Below are positions 37,001-37,377 of a stretch of DNA of 37,377 nt, piece after piece (position 1 is the stretch's first letter; each line of letters begins with the position of its first letter). The position numbers and the translations under genes are program-made. The notes beneath the pieces are model-generated. The model was given only the letters and a program-made list of their open reading frames with translations, had not been told where the DNA came from and searched no databases. The stretch lies in sequence record SRR31156797_3142; one strand, 5' to 3'.

Positions 37001-37138
37001 ATGGGTAAAGTCACCCGTACCAATGACATCTATACCCTTGACCCTGGCCCATGCAGCCAGAAGGCGTGGGTTCAAAGCTTTACTAGTGGCACGTGAAAAT
37101 CTGGAATGGATATGCAGGTCGGCTATAAATCTTTCCAT
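34034..37138 (-). CDS. Endonuclease Q-family (PHP-like) nuclease fused to a UvrD/Rep (SF1A) helicase
   Basis: N-term ADLHIHSRFSRATSK, GTGDFTHP, PAHIWTPWFS, ETGLSSD, SNSDAHS..LGRE, GKYH..CPVCG, PGFDGQYG; C-term NEAQ, AGPGTGKT, TFTRKAA, VDEVQD, GDPDQSIYGFRGA, NYRS, HAAKGLEF, EERRLLYVGMTRAK. Confidence 0.92.
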   Translation of the reverse strand: MERFIADLHIHSRFSRATSKALNPRLLAAWARVKGIDVIGTGDFTHPEWLAEIEEQLVEDGSGLLSLRDPQGLEESIDWVDGPLAGQTRFMLQTEISSIYKKYGKTRKVHNLVYMPDIESVKKFNAKLDTIGNLNSDGRPILGLDSKDLLEIVLETHDKAFLIPAHIWTPWFSLFGAKSGFDTVEECYGDLASEIFAMETGLSSDPEMNWFISALDKYRMVSNSDAHSGENLGREANIFSGNMSYEGIYRALRGEGLGHKFMGTIEFFPEEGKYHMDGHRKCGIMLDPHESKMRGGICPVCGKPLTMGVYSRVMELADREEAQQPKGQPGFDSLVPLKEIISEIVGTGPKTKKVLGVYAPLIKEFGSEFSILQQVPVEDLKLHNVHLAEGIRRMREGQVIRNPGFDGQYGTISVFSAQERDEIVNGVKLVVVRKPKGDLDDPKPEAEVRKTSEPEQETGVVRFNEAQKQAVEAGPDPVLVIAGPGTGKTQTLMGRIKHLLERGTRARRILSLTFTRKAAAEMNERIRNMLGDDEVLPRADTLHALALEYWASAFDHDPIILNEETARRVFGRANPELNGAKLKSAWESISLARETMKSLSDGPAEILANYTRQKDQYNLVDYTDLLEFWLSELKSDKYVRTFTHVLVDEVQDLSPLQLAIVQRLVGDDGEGLFAIGDPDQSIYGFRGAAGNVANRFRAFWENLIQITLEDNYRSAQGVLDASVSVLENPAQLKAHRNYEADLHLFSAPDSGREASWIGERIKQLIGATSHSLVDAGEHGTLSPGDIAVLVRFKALIGPIEAMLKRQGIPCSVPEAESFWHDSRVEVLLAAARRMLGFAEDADDEVPEVPEKVIARGPLGLSAYLSDMPPFDQLFWESKPFRDMVKGYKEHGGWSGLLNWIHMQNDLDQVRNKAEKVRIMSMHAAKGLEFEAVFLAGLDDGIVPFAGPDLLTGKISGDGPLVQGDTEEERRLLYVGMTRAKKNLYMSHAVRRPLYGRTLMLPVSRFLKNLPEEVKKSAMVARKVQKEKKISLLDM

Positions 37139-37347
37139 GGTCTACCGTTCTTCCCCGTCTTGATCATTTATTGATCAACTTATCTATCAAAAGAGCACAA
37201 CCACTTGATATGGCTGAACTTTATCATATCATCATCGAATCATCACAACCCTTTCAAGGCTTACAGGGGACACTACATGCAGCCCCAAAAGATTGCAAGG
37301 CACCCCCCACTTTGATAGGGAAATTTTAACTTAAAAAATAGAAGATA

Positions 37348-37377
37348 CCTCCGGCGGCTTAAACCCTTTTGCAAAAG
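37348..37377. repeat. Left part of the palindromic extragenic repeat, truncated by the window end
   Basis: CCTCCGGCGGCTTAAACCCTTTTGCAAAAG: begins its own palindrome (CTTTTGCAAAAG); the arm is complementary to 2-14 and the head is identical to 15823-15835. Confidence 0.55.

Noticed and set aside
1-37377. 13-bp inverted match between the window ends read as terminal inverted repeats of one large mobile element, or as a circular contig
   Set aside because: The content is core chromosomal (polA, argC, hslVU), there is no transposase or integrase, and the two ends do not overlap exactly; two copies of a short palindromic repeat explain it better.
1-37377. CRISPR array, tRNA/rRNA, prophage or defence island
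   Set aside because: No regularly spaced direct repeats, cloverleaf or rRNA-like segments, phage genes or recognisable defence domains were seen by eye.

Overview
A 37.4-kb chromosomal window of mostly housekeeping genes with GC-moderate coding regions and AT-rich spacers. Gene content and style suggest a sulfate-reducing Desulfovibrionaceae bacterium (my inference, not checked against a database). It carries hslVU, a TPR protein, a stand-alone sigma-54-driven flgE, a rubrerythrin-like protein, an MCP, a livKHMGF ABC transporter, a Nim/PNPOx-family protein, a TRIC/UPF0126 membrane protein, purU, class III ribonucleotide reductase nrdG-nrdD and a single-domain receiver. A long minus-strand run follows: EndoQ-UvrD fusion, cbiR-like, cobU, DHH phosphoesterase, polA, DUF1844, argC, EAL-HDOD and cheR. 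I saw no rRNA, tRNA, CRISPR array, transposase or prophage. Most notable: (1) a fusion of a CheA-P1/Hpt-like domain lacking its phospho-acceptor His to a HisC/CobD-like aminotransferase fold lacking its PLP lysine, followed by a Cys-rich lipoprotein and an MCP; (2) a 48-aa ORF missing from the ORF track, with its own RBS and sigma-54 promoter; (3) an EndoQ-UvrD fusion near a PolA that has a QLSLF clamp motif; (4) two unknown genes with sigma-28-type promoters; (5) pieces of a palindromic repeat at both window ends plus a collapsed internal copy; (6) an NrdD with redoxin-type signatures and a C-terminal Cys-Cys.
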